A stretch of DNA of 64,000 nucleotides from Nymphaea colorata (taxonomy: Eukaryota). Below, piece after piece: positions 50,083-62,794 of this stretch. A program made the translations under genes and the position numbers. The stretch lies in NCBI RefSeq assembly GCF_008831285.2, contig NC_045138.2, positions 9,052,001 through 9,116,000 on the forward strand, given 5' to 3'. Positions within the stretch are counted from its first letter, which is position 1, and each line of letters opens with the position of its first letter. The notes beneath the pieces were generated by a model. The model was not told where the DNA came from, searched no databases, and saw nothing but the letters and a program-made list of their open reading frames with translations.

Positions 50083-50610
50083 CATAACCCTTGTTTGGTG
50101 TAGTGTGTCTCGATTGTATTGATAGGAGGAGGGATTTGGAGGGGGCGGTTTTCATTAATTTGGTGATGGTAGGATTCTGTCAGCAGCCTTAGTCTTGGGG
50201 GAAGTGGTGTATTAGACGGAGAGCTGAAAGTTCTTGAGAGGACATTGGGTTTCCATAAGGACTGGGGGATCTTTTTTATGCGTCCTCCACAGACGCTTCC
50301 TTTATCAGAAAGATTAGGCAGTATTTGAATTGGAAGAGAGAGTGGCATGAAGGCAATACTGTTCTGCAGCATGTTCTTGAACGTATGCGAGTAGAGAGGA
50401 GACGCTACAGTGGATATTGGGCTTTTTGTACAACATCATATGGATACTTCTAGAAATACTTTTTGTGCACTTGTTGATTAAGAGCTGAGTCAACTCTTTG
50501 TGAATCATATTGTAAAGATTTGTAATTTTGTGTAATACTAATCTTTCCCCTTATTTTGTACATCATATTTGTGATTAATAAAGAAAAGGGGCCTATCCCC
50601 TAGCAATCTG
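50083..50610 (+). mobile_element. Possible 3' remnant of a LINE (RNase H-like region and tail)
   Basis: G-rich degenerate coding-like stretch followed by a TTGTA-rich region and AATAAAGAAAAGGGG. The resemblance is weak. Confidence 0.3.
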
Positions 50611-50885
50611 TTACTGTGAACAATTGGCACAACATAAGAACTTCCAGAATGCAATCTTTTCTGTATTCTTTTGTGATAAGAAGAGAGATTTGATGTAAAG
50701 TAGTGTGCGCTTTCTGTAAAGGATGCCTAGGGCTTGCAAAATTATATTGCATATGATCGTGTTAACACTTTAAAAATATCTGTGCTGAAACTAATAAAAA
50801 CTAATGCTCCTGTTGCGGTACTATTTTTTTAGTGATAGAGTTTTAATTTTTTGTTATTTGGCAACATTTGACATATAGCAAATTT

Positions 50886-50936
<51 letters not shown>

Positions 50937-51107
50937 CTTCATCTAGGTTTTAACAGAGAAATCATCCGACCCTTCATAGCATCTTGTTAGATGCATTGCA
51001 TCAGGCAATATGATCGATGACACTTGCCTGATGCATTACATTGAGTGGTTGTGATTAAATGAAGCTCAACATAGGTTGTGATTAAATGAAGCTCAACATA
51101 GCTGGAG

Positions 51108-51871
51108 GATTGTTTCGGGGATTTGAAAATAAGCATAGATCTGGAGATTCTTGAATAGGCCAACTTTTTGAACTGCATTTGAATCTATAAGCAAACAAGA
51201 GACAACTGACAAATTGAAACACTTTAGTAGTCGAAGGAAAAGAAACCAAAAGTGATTCATATAGTAACAGCGAGTGAAATGGGAGTAGCCTAAACATAGA
51301 AAACGAGGTTGTAAGAGAGCAATACAAGCATCGTGTTGCTAGGCAAAGTGGTGGAGTTTTGCACCCTAGACGGCGAAAGTCCAGCAATCAAAAACATCAC
51401 TTGTTTAAGCTCTGGCTTGAGTAGCATAGGTCACATAAAATCCCTTGTAAAATAGCAAAGACCACCTTGCAAGGCTAATACTCTTGAGTGACTGATAGTG
51501 AAATAGTACCATGAGGAAGAGGTAAAAAGAACCCCTATCCAAGAGTGAAATAGAACATGAAACCGTGAGCTCCCAAGTAGTGGGAGGACAATTTGATCTT
51601 TGACCCTGTGCTTATTAAAGAATGGTTTGGTTAAGGTAACCACCAAAGCCATACCAAAAGCGAGTTTTTATAGGACAATTGTCACTATTTATAGAACCGA
51701 ACCTGGATAATTTATCCATGACCAGGAAGCTTGGGTGAAGCTAAGAACCAACTAATGTTAAAGAATCAATAAATGAGTTGTGGTTAGGGGTGAGATGCCA
51801 CTTGAACCCAGAGCTAACTGGTTCTTCCTGAAATGCATTAAGGTGCAATAGTTGACTGGACATATAGGGGT
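51108..51871 (+). pseudogene. rrn23: Older, heavily mutated NUPT: chloroplast 23S rRNA 5' region
   Basis: Recognisable plastid 23S segments (GAAAATAAGCATAGATC, GACCACCTTGCAAGGCTAA, GAGTGAAATAGAACATGAAACCGT, GAGTTGTGGTTAGGGGTG) with many C>T and G>A changes and small deletions. It ends at a TA run. Confidence 0.88.
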
Positions 51872-53329
51872 TTTATATATATATATATATATTGGTGACT
51901 TAAAGTCACTCATTCATGAGCACAAACCAATCCATTGTGATAGTCAGGTTAAAAGTAAAACATAAAGAACATAGATATTTTTGTCATTTAGTATCGATTC
52001 TCATCTCTTTTTTTTTCTGATTTTTTTTTCAACCATTTATCATGACGGATCATATGGCCTCCATGAGTTATATGTTATTATAGATAGACAAAGTCGTCAT
52101 TCATTCATACATATATGTGAGCATGTATGTGTGTGTATTGTAGGTGTGCTTAGAATATGAACACCATTAAAAACTAATATCATTTGAAAGTCAAAACTAT
52201 CATTATTTTCAATAAGTCATCGCTTAACTTTTGTTAATATTTTCTTTATTTTGATTAAAAAACCCAAAAAAGGGAGACATTTGCCTGGAATTAATCAATT
52301 ACAGTACACATTCCAGCACACATTCAATTCAGATATTTGAGTCCCCAGCAGGCCATTTGGATAACAGTTGTCCGTTTGGAAAGTGAATGAAAATATTTTG
52401 CGACGTCTTCTCCTTTTTTCCCTTTCCAAATCTCCTTTTCTATCAATAACTACGAAAAGGATCCGCAAAGGGCCCACCTTGCTGGCTGATTGCCGTTATT
52501 GTGGCGTAAGATAAATTTGCCAGAGGAATCGAGTCCTCAACGTTGAGGGCCGCTTGAGAATGACAAACTCAAATAACTAAGAGTATTGTGTACCGCCGGT
52601 CCTCCTCATATTTATAGTCAAGCGGAAGCAGTGCCGAGACTTTCACTGGTTTGTTGGTCTGACCAGCTATACTATATTTCACTTGTAGACATTATTTCTA
52701 CATCATACTTAATTTTTTCTTCTTTTCATTGTCAAATTGAAAGAACAAAAAGAGAATGAATCTCATATGACCCGTTAGGCTTGAACTTCACTACTACTAA
52801 GGCACGTTTTTTTTGCACCCCAACTATTTAATGGCCTTCACACAATGCCTTCCGTGACCATCTATTTAAAGAAATATATAGACTGAGATTTGAATCAAAG
52901 ACTTGGCCGCCTATAAAAAACCAGTTTCACCACAAGTTGTGCGACAAACTGTTGAGAAAGTATAAGTCTGAACATGTACTGCGCAAATTTTAAAGCAGAT
53001 TCAAACTTCAAAATACAAGTTTAATGCGATGTGTTGGTTGTCTGCATCAAATTATAAAAGAATTGAAGGAAAATAAAAGTCGGGCTAATTGACATATGAT
53101 TCTCTCTGTCTCCATCTTTCTTACGACATCTATTTGATCAACTTGGAAATTTTGTTCACATTGTGACATCATGCAAAAAATTAGTTTTATTTAGGAGAGT
53201 AGATGGTTGTTAATTAGTATTTCGAAAGAATCATTTTGAATGTAGAATTTTGTGAACGATTAAATTGCAGTTTATACGAAGTCTTAACTAGTTGAATCCA
53301 TCATCGACGCATTGGACTTGAGAGGGTAT

Positions 53330-53500
53330 GAGGTTTGAACACGTTAGCATGAGAGTAATCATGACCTTAGAGAGAGAGAGGGAGAGAGATTGCAAATAAG
53401 GGAGGTTTGAACACGTTAGCATGAGAGTAATCATGACCTTAGAGAGAGAGAGAGAGAGAGAGAGACAGATTGCAAATCAGAGAGGTTTGAACACGTTAGC
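53330..53500 (+). repeat. Tandem repeat, ~72-80-bp unit containing (GA)n, about 2.2 copies
   Basis: GAGGTTTGAACACGTTAGC occurs at 53330, 53402 and 53482. Confidence 0.85.
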
Positions 53501-53757
53501 GTTGACATGCTACAGCTGCATGCATGCTTACCTGTCTCTCTCTTTCCCTCTCTCCTGTGCATATAACTATAAAAGAATGACGATTTACAGGAGATTAAGA
53601 TGTCAAACACGCCAAACCATTTACATGGTTGACCTTGAAAGGTTCACTTTCTCGTTCTTAAAAGGATGTACTTTCAGCAAAGCCGCAACCACGCTAGCTC
53701 GTCCCCAGCTAAGTAATCAATCATTGAGGACAATTCTTGATCGTGAATGGTCATAAC

Positions 53758-53902
53758 CAGCGGCCGAGCCAAATTTTCTGGCTAAGGATGCTTGACTCAG
53801 TAGTCTAGGTTTGATGTAGGCACTTTGTATAATTTTTGAGTTATCATGTTGTAATTTTAAGCCTGTGAAAGCCCCACTAACCCTCATGTATCTCCACCAC
53901 TA
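53758..53902. mobile_element. hAT-derived MITE
   Basis: Termini CAGCGGCCGAG / CTCCACCACTA with an 8-bp TSD, GTCATAAC (53750-53757) and GTCATAAA (53903-53910). Confidence 0.6.
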
Positions 53903-54351
53903 GTCATAAAGTCACAATCCATTTGTAGTGTGCTACACAATTAACACAATCACACGGATATACACAACTATTAATAACAATGATAGCACGTAAAAGCTTC
54001 TCAAGTGTCACATGGTTGGTCAGCTGGATCCCCAAAATGTGTGAAGCTGTTCTTCACGACCTGACAAGACCTGTGAGTTTCATATTCGCAAAGTTGCTCA
54101 TTAAAAGGATATATATATATATATATATATATATCCTTTTAATGAGCAACTTTGCGAATATGAAACTCACAGGTCTTGTCAGGTCGTGAAGAACAGCTTC
54201 ACACATTTTGGGGATCCAGCTGACCAACCATGTGACACTTGAGAAGCTTTTACGTGCTATCATTGTTATTAATAGTTGTGTATATCCGTGTGATTGTGTT
54301 AATTGTGTAGCACACTACAAATGGATTGTGACTTTATGACTAGTGGTGGAG

Positions 54352-54354
<3 letters not shown>
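53889..54354. repeat. Perfect 466-bp palindrome centred on (AT)13
   Basis: Arms 53889-54108 and 54135-54354 are reverse complements. Identical ORF translations on opposite strands (53980-54189 + and 54054-54263 -) confirm the symmetry. Confidence 0.97.
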
Positions 54355-54391
<37 letters not shown>

Positions 54392-54521
54392 GCTTTGGAA
54401 TGTTGACAAATGACAAAATATTTAAAAACCATCGGCAAAACAGAATCACTAACAACGGTTTATGACTTAATGACATTTTATGGTGCAATTAAATGTTTCG
54501 CCATCCAGCAATATCCAGTAG

Positions 54522-54668
<147 letters not shown>

Positions 54669-57557
54669 AACACACACATATATATATTGGATGGTAGATT
54701 ATTTAAATGTATAGATGTTCTTCTACTTGAAGACATGCTCTAATTAATTTCTGAAAAGCATCTGTCAAAAACTAAGTAATAGATCGCACGCCTGACTTCT
54801 ACCAAGTACAGCATAATGACCTTGTATATTGATTTAAATGACATAAATGTAATTAATGATGCAATGTATATCGTGGACTACTTTTATTGTGGGCTAAGCC
54901 AAATTAAGCAGTGAGAGGGACGCATGGAGCTCCAAAGGTGGAAAGAGATGTATATCAAATAACAGATTAGGTTTCAGAAGCTAATAAGTAAGTGCTGATC
55001 AAATTCTGACAGAACTTCTCAAAGAACTATCTACTACTACAAAACATTAATTTTCTATATAAAATAATAAATGTCCATTTTGAAGACAAAAATATGCTTT
55101 CTTGATTAAGGAAGGAGTACGTGGTCCTTTACAAGAGATGCTTTGTTACTTTTATATAAAAAGTAATGTCTTTTTTGTTAGTAGGAAACTCTTTGAATAT
55201 TTCACTCAACAATCACACGCAATGATTTGTTAAATGACGAGCTTTTTTCTAATTTTTTTTTTCCAATGAAAATCTATGTCATGATATTCAAATTTAGCTT
55301 GAGTTTGGATCCTATTTGTAAAATGGAATTTATGCACAACTAGCACGATATGTGATTTTCTTCAGTTTCGAATCCTGAGTTGAATTCAATCTTTATCAAT
55401 AAGTTTCATTTCAGATTCGAATCCAGCTAAGAATCGAATCTAAATTATTTTACCAAATTCGTTTAAACTAATTGGACATTGGATCAAATAATTAGGTAAT
55501 TAAACGCGTCCTGGGTTGGGGAGCAGGTGAAATTTCGCCTCCAGTTTCAAACGTGGGTCGCATCACGACGCCGGAGCTTGCGGGTAAGAGTATGAGCTTT
55601 TCAAGTCTATGTGGATCCCTTTATTCCCACGGAAAACTGTCCAAACACGGGTTTTGAAAAGCCATACAAAATTTGCATCTTTTTCTAGAAACTTTGTCAA
55701 AGTGAGCTTAAAGATGAGGATGAGGTCAAGTGATTGACTTTTGGGGAAGATGGGTTTCTCTCCTATGAACGACGCTAATCGAGACCATGGAAAATTTGTT
55801 TGGAAATTGGCCTTTGAGCACTAGCACAAGTTTTGTTGGTTGACAAATTCACCTGTATCTTTCTAATGATGTGGAAGCAGGAGATACTTTGCCCATCAAA
55901 TGCATAATGGAATATGCAAGTTTTTTTTTTATTGAGTTGAGGATAGGAATGTGGATGATTGGGAAAATTTTAATTCCTTATAAATATAGATAATTAACTT
56001 GACTTGTTTTCTCTCAATTAAATTTTTATATACTGGTGCCTCCGATTTAAATTTCAGACTTGAGATCCAAGGTGATACGAGATCACTCGGATATCAAAAA
56101 CCAAGAATCTGAGGCCAAACCGATACATATGAAATCTTCATCGTTACAATATGGTGTTTGTTTGCTTGATGTGCTTCATATGAAGGGAATATTTCATATC
56201 AACATTAGATTTCTTAAATCTGAGACCATTAAACACACCCTTAGAATTACCGGATTCAAATCCAATTAACATGAGATGTTAGTTTTTATCACATGCCCAG
56301 TGAAATGTCCGTTCGAATCCTGAACTCGAACTCATTTTGGTAATAGAGTTGCATACTATATTTGAATCCAAGTAACATTTAGATCCAAATTCTTTTACTG
56401 AACTGGCCTTAAACAAATTCAGAATTCAATTAAGAACTAAGTAAGCAGTTAAATACATTACCAGTTGGGAGCAGGTAAAGGCCTCAGAATTTTATCGCAT
56501 GGGTCGCATCACAGCGCCGGAGTTCTGGGGTAAGAGTGTACGGTTGTCTACTTCCCATGGGTTCCTGTCTTCCCGAGGAAAAGTTATCTGAAAGTGGATT
56601 TTGAAATGTGGAGCTGATCTCTTCCTTTCTCTTTCATTCTTCTAGAATTATTTTGAAACTGAAAAGGAGAGTCAAAACAAACCGAAGTCTTGAAGTGATT
56701 GACTTTCGAGAGCACTCCTCTCGCACATAAAAACAAGTGATTCCCAGCTCCGAAGGAGTTTGGTGCACTGGCTCCAGTTAGTAGCTGGTACGGGTAGAGT
56801 TAGATTTCTTTTTTTTAAGAGTTTCAATTATATTTTTCAAAATCTTTTAGAGGCTTAAATATGTTTTTAAAATTTAAAGGGATCTAATAAAAAATTTGGT
56901 AGCCACGGCTCCTGCCAGCACCGGCCCCCTACCCTTTTGTATACGGACCTCTGCCCCTGTTGGTAGCATTTAGTCAAGTGGGCGAGATGTCAACTCTGAG
57001 AAAGATTTAAGGAAGAAGATGGACAGATTTTTTTAACGTGGTTCGGAAAATTTCCTACTCCACGACTCAGTCATCAAATTTTTGATGGACTGGTTTCCTT
57101 TCTCACATTGGAATTTCTACAAGTTTTTGAATTCAAATCACACGCCAGTTTTGCAAATTCTATCGGTTGATTCCTTAAATTTCTCCTTTGTTGAATAGGA
57201 AAGACGGTCGTCTGGATTTTTCTTTCTTCATGAGTTTCTTTATCACTTGCCCCTAATACGCTTGAGATTGTGTGGGCTGGAGAAACCGTCTTCCCTGCTG
57301 GCATCGGTTTCTCTTCTTGTGCGCGTTCTGGTGCTTCAACAGTTGGCGTCAATTTCTCATTTTGAATAGAAATTCTAACGTCATAGTAAAAGCCTTCAAT
57401 TTTATTAGGATTCCATTGTCTCGCTTGCCTTTTTCCTGCACCATTATTGACATTATTGACGGCTGATGGTATGGAGGGATGAGCTGAGACGTTATGCTCC
57501 ACTTGCCTGATTTGTTCTTCTTTATTGCAGGAGGCATTACCATTTGATGCGTTATCA

Positions 57558-60200
57558 TCCCCTCTCAACCGAAGGGAATGTAGCAGCCGTAATCCAAGAT
57601 GTCGAAGGAGAAATGTGAGCCGGTGCTGAGGCAACGGTTTAGTAAACATATCAGCAAGCTGTCCTTCGGTTGTTACAAATTGAGTGACCATATTGCCCAG
57701 AGCGACTTGTTCTCGAACAAAATGATAATCAAGTTCCAAGTGTTTCATTCGGGAATGAAACACAGGCTTAATAGTTGTATGTAAGGCCGAGATATTATCA
57801 CTCAATAAAATGGGAGCCTTAGAGAGATAAATACCGATGTCTTGAAGAATGAATGTGAGCCATTTAACTTCAGCTGCAGCTCCAGCAAGTGCCCGGTATT
57901 CAGCCTCACAGGATGATCTAGCGACAGTCGGTTGCTTTTTGGAGCTCCAAGATATACAATTAGGGCCAAGAAAGGTGCAATAACCAGAAGTTGAACGGCG
58001 TGTATCGGGACAGCCAGCCCAATCCGCATCAGAGTACGCCCGAAGGGTTAAATCCTGAGATTTAGAAAATTGAAGACCATAGTGAGAGGTACCACTGACA
58101 TATCGTAAGATCCGTTTAAGGAGTTGGAAATGTCTCATCGTTGGAGCATGCATGAATTGGCATGCAAAATTTACAGCATAAGACAAATATGGCCGTGTAA
58201 GAGTCAGATATTGAAGTGCTCCTGCAAGACTCCGATATGTTGTTGGATCAGAATAGGGAGCATCAATTCCTTCAGGAGATTTAATATTGGCAGTAATCGG
58301 TGTGGTTACAGATTTACAGTGCTGCATTTGTGCTCTAGAAATAATGTCTTAGCATATTTGGACTGATGCATAAATAACCCAGTAGAAGTTCGAACCACTT
58401 GAATTCCCAAAAAATAGTTTAGATTGCCCAAATCGTTCATTGCAAATTGTTGTTTGACGGTGGCAAGAAAAGACGTGATGAATATAGAAGAGTTTCTTGT
58501 AAGGATTATATCATCAACATACAGTAGTAAAAGAGTGACTGTTTTTCCTTGTCTTCGAACAAAGAGAGATGGATCAGTGGTGCTGGCAATGAAGTCCATA
58601 GAAAATAAGAATTGAGCAAATCTATCATACCATGCTCGAGGTGCCTGTTTTAGTCCATAGAGAGCCCGATTTAATTTGCAAACATGATCTTGTTTGGACG
58701 GATCTTTGAATCCTGGAGGTTGCTCAATGTAAACTAGCTCACGGAGATGACCATTAAGGAAAGCATTTTTGACATCAAGTTGCTTGGGAGGCCAATCAAA
58801 TGCAAGGGCTAGACTTAGTACAATTCTTATTGTAGCAAACTTTACCACTGGTGAGAATGTCTCCAAGAAATCTAGACCTTGTATTTGGCTATAGCCTTGT
58901 GCTACGAGGCGTGCCTTGAGCCGTTCAAGCTGACCATTTTCCTTGAGTTTAGTTTTGAAAATCCAACGGCTACCAATAACATGCATATTGGGAGTACGAG
59001 GTACAAGATCCCAAGTGTGATTAGCCTGTAATGCAGCCATTTCATCTTTCATAGCCTGAAACCAACCTGGATGTTTAAGAGCCAACGTGTAATGCGACAG
59101 TTCAATTGGAATAGAGGAAGTTGTAAAGACATATTTGGGATTAGGTTTGATAATACCTGATTTGGATCGGTAAGATGAGTGGATGCAGAGGAGGCTGTTG
59201 GGGTTAAAGTCGGATTAGGTTGAGAAAATGGGAGAGGTATGATAGGATTTGGTATTTCTGTGGGTGGTTCGGGAAGAGAAGCGTTGAAGTCTGTGGGTGG
59301 TTCGGGAATGGAAGTGTCAAAGGTATGCATTTGGGCTAAACGTTGAGATTCAAGATGATGGTCATGGGATGAGTCTGAGAAGGATACAAAATCAGCATTA
59401 GAGGTTATGGTTTTAGGATTTGACGTGGCAAGTTGGTAGGGAAAGATGGTTTCATCAAAGACTACATGACGTGAGATGTATACTCTCCCAATAGGATGAT
59501 ACAATCATCTATATCCTTTATGCTGGCTGCTATATCCAAGGAACACACATGGTAGTGACTTGGGTTGAAATTTATGATTAGTGTAGCCTCTAATGTAAGG
59601 ATAACATCTAGATCCAAACACGCAGAGGCATGAATAATCAGGACGTCTTTTGAATAGCAGCTCATATGGACTTTGCATGTGTAAAACCTGTGAAGGAAGC
59701 CGGTTGATGAGCCATACAGCAGTAGAGAAGGCCTCGACCCAATGTTGGGCTGGAAGATTACTATGAAACAACATAGTAAGACCCAATTCTGTGACAGATC
59801 TATGTTTACGTTCCACTACTCCATTTTGTTCAAGAGTCTTAGGGCACGGTTTTTGATGTTTGATGCCATGATCCTTTAAATAATTCGCAAGAATTGAGCT
59901 ATTAAACTCTCCTCCTTCGTCACTTTGAAACACTTTCAGCTTACCATCAAACTGAGTTTGAATCATTCTATGAAATTCAAGAAATTTGGCAAAGAAATCA
60001 GATTTCCGTTTTAGAGGATAGAACCACGAATATCTTGAAAATTGATCCACAAATAATGCATAATATTTGATATTTTGACATGAAGCAACAGGGGCCGGTC
60101 CCCATAAATCACAATGTACTTTAGCAAAAACAGAATCACAAGCATCATCAATAGTAATAAATGGAAGTCTGCACGCCTTCCCCAACTGACAAGTACCACA
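57558..60200 (-). pseudogene. copia pol (integrase-RT-RNase H) with about three frameshifts
   Basis: Contains CGTCQLGKACRLPF, HCDLWGP, QNGVVERKHR, KARLVAQG, LDVKNAFL, LYVDDII and SDADWAG..SSCEAEYRA. Confidence 0.93.
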
Positions 60201-60675
60201 AGGGGGTGCGCGTGGGTTAGGGGCAATTCCCCCAGTGGGCGCATACGCTGCGTTCCACAACCGCGTATAGTCACGCGGGGGTGAGCAAGTGAATGCTCAT
60301 CGTCGAGTAGGGCGATGGTCGACCGCCTTACTTAATGACATATAGTCGTCAACTGGCTTCGGCTGGGGACTTCCTCCCAAGGTAAGTCTACCCCCACCCA
60401 GATTTCGTTTGGATGTAAATAGGCACTTGGAAGAATGGCGACGTTCTGACAGGGCCTCATGGCCACGGCTTGCCGATGGTCGACAATGGGATAAACCTGG
60501 GTGATGGTGTGCCGAGTGCTTAGCACTCCTCGTCTAGTCCACAGTCCCGAAGAAAAGATGAATGCTTCCGCTAACTTAAAAGAGGTGTCAGGCTGGCCGA
60601 AGGCTTTGGGGAACGCCTTCGGCGCCGCGCGGGTCGTGGAAACTCGGCCCGTGACAAATGGTATCAGAGCCATTC
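60201..60675 (+). mobile_element. Fragment of a different LTR retroelement (LTR 3' end plus PBS), antisense inside the copia
   Basis: GC-rich block ending ..GGCCCGTGACA at about 60657, then AA and TGGTATCAGAGCC (iMet PBS) on the + strand. Confidence 0.7.
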
Positions 60676-61618
60676 CTTCACAGGCACGAGTGACGCCTTC
60701 AGGTTGAGCCTTGCATAGCTGGAGATAGGTAAGCACTATCTCCTAATCTGCAAAAGAAGATTCGTTCTCTGTGCACTGCTGTCCCTGCAACAGCTCTGAT
60801 ACCATGAGAAAGATTAAGGAAGAAGATGGACAGATTTTTTTAACGTGGTTCGGAAAGTTTCCTACTCCACGACTCAGTCATCAAATTTTTGATGGACTGG
60901 TTTCCTTTCTCACATTGGAATTTATACAAGTTTTTGAATTCAAATCACACGCCAGTTTTGCAAATTCTATCGGTTGATTCCTTAAATTTCTCCTTTGTTG
61001 AATAGGAAAGACGGTCGTCTGGATTTTTCTTTCTTCATGAGTTTCTTTATCACTTGCCCCTAATACGCTTGAGATTGTGTGGGCTGGAGAAACCGTCTTC
61101 CCTGCTGGCATCGGTTTCTCTTCTTGTGCGCGATCTGGTGCTTCAACAGTTGGCGTCAATTTCTCATTTTGAATAGAAATTCTAACGTCATAGTTAAAGC
61201 CTTCAATTTTATCAGGATTCCATTGTCTCGCTTGCCTTTTTCCTGCACCATTATTGACATTATTGACGGCTGATGGTATGGAGGGATGAGCTCAGACGTT
61301 ATGCTCCACTTGCCTGATTTGTTCTTCTTTATTGCAGGAGGCATTACCATTTGATGCGTTATCAAACTCCCCCTATAAGGACCAAGGTACTAACTGATGT
61401 GTACTGAGAACCCAACAAGTAGCTAGATACTAAAGGTAGGCAGTAGGATACTATTCCCATCCACCCAAAACATATGGACTCATAAATGGGGGTATTTGCT
61501 AGCAGAGTTTGAGCCATAACAAGCTTGACTGCTGATTTTTTTTTCTCACAAAAGTACACCTGTATTTTATTAAAAATAATGTGTAGGCAAATACACCTTG
61601 AAATATTTTTTCAGCTAG

Positions 61619-62794
61619 GGGCCGTTTGATGGCTGGAAACCATGGAAACAAAAAAAAAATCCAAAAATATATTTCTGGAATTGAGAAAAAGAAAAAAAAT
61701 TTCCATATTTTCAAAACAAACTTGTGTTTGTTAAGTAGGAAATATTTTTTTGGAAAGAAATTTCGTCGTTTGGCGGAATTGGAAGAAGGGAAGGCAAGGG
61801 AAGGAGGAGGAGGAGGAGGAGGAGGAAGGGAAGGGAAGGGAAGGGAAGGAGGAGGAGGAGGAAGAAGGGAAGGAGGAGGTGGAGGAGGAAGAAGGGAAGG
61901 AGGAGGAGGAGGAAGAAGGGAAGGAAGGGAAGGGAAGGAGGAGGAGGAGGAAGAAGGGAAGGGAAGGGAGGAGGAAGAAGAAGGGAAGGGAAGGGAAGGG
62001 AAGGGAAGGAGGAGGAGGAGGAAGAAGGGAAGGGAAGGGAAGGGAAGGGAAGGAGGAGGAGGAGGAAGAAGGGAAGGGAAGGGAAGGGAGGAGGAAGAGG
62101 AAGGGAATGAGGAGGAGGAAGAAGGGAAGGGAAGGGAAAGAGGAGGAGGAAGAAGGAGGAAGAAGGGAAGGGAAGGGAGGAGGAAGAAGAAGGAGGAGGA
62201 GGAAGAAGAAAGGAAGGGAAGGAGGGAGGATTTTGTGGATGATGGGCGTCAGGCAGTGCCATCAGCGGCGGCAGGGGACGTGGGGAGGTGGCCTCACCGT
62301 GCTCTCCTCCTCTTCTTCCCCTCTTCTCATTCCCTCCTTGCCGTGCCCTCTTCCCCTCTTCTCCTTCTTCCCCTCTTCCCCTCCTATCATTTCTCTTCCC
62401 CTCTTTTCTTTCCCTCCTCGCCGTCCCCTCTTCTCCTTCCCTCCTCTTCTTCTCCTCTACTCCTTCCCGCCTCGCGGTGCCCTCCTCCCCTTCTTCCTCC
62501 TCCCTCTTCCCTCCTTCCCTTACTCCTTCTTCTTCCTCAATCCTTCTTTTCTTCCTCCTTCTTCCTCCTCCCTCCTTCCCTTCCTCGGCGTCCCTTCTTA
62601 GCGTCCCTTCTTCCTCCCAATGGTCAAAAAAATTTTCCACCCCTCTGGCTGGAAAAAATTTTTCAGAAATATTTTTTCATTTCCACTTTTAACGGTAAAA
62701 AAAAAATTCTAAGTTTGATGGAGAGGAAAAATTTTAAAATTTTGAATTTTTTTTCTACTGCTATAGTAAATTTCCAGGGCATCAAACGCGCCCC
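61619..62794. mobile_element. Non-autonomous PIF/Harbinger-type element with a purine-rich arm and a pyrimidine-rich arm
   Basis: TIR GGGCCGTTTGATGGCTGGAAA / TTTCCAGGGCATCAAACGCGCCCC with TAG on both flanks (61616-61618 and 62795-62797). GGAAG/GGAGGA tract at about 61780-62230 and CT-rich tract at about 62300-62620. Confidence 0.75.

Larger units (their letters stand above)
56997..61364 (-). mobile_element. Young Ty1/copia (Ale-like) element lacking gag and protease
   Basis: LTRs at 56997-57557 and 60805-61364 are nearly identical (about 6 substitutions and 1 indel by eye). TSD AACTC at 56992-56996 and 61365-61369, PBS at 60793-60804, PPT at 57558-57570. Confidence 0.96.

Noticed and set aside
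57074..57557. C-terminal extension of the 417-aa ORF as a novel domain
   Set aside because: It is RNase H read-through into the 3' LTR; the same peptide appears in the 5' LTR (60881-61159).
60360..60410. 5S rRNA-like (Cassandra TRIM) motif in the foreign LTR
   Set aside because: Only the GGAAGTCC end resembles 5S and the A/C boxes are not convincing.
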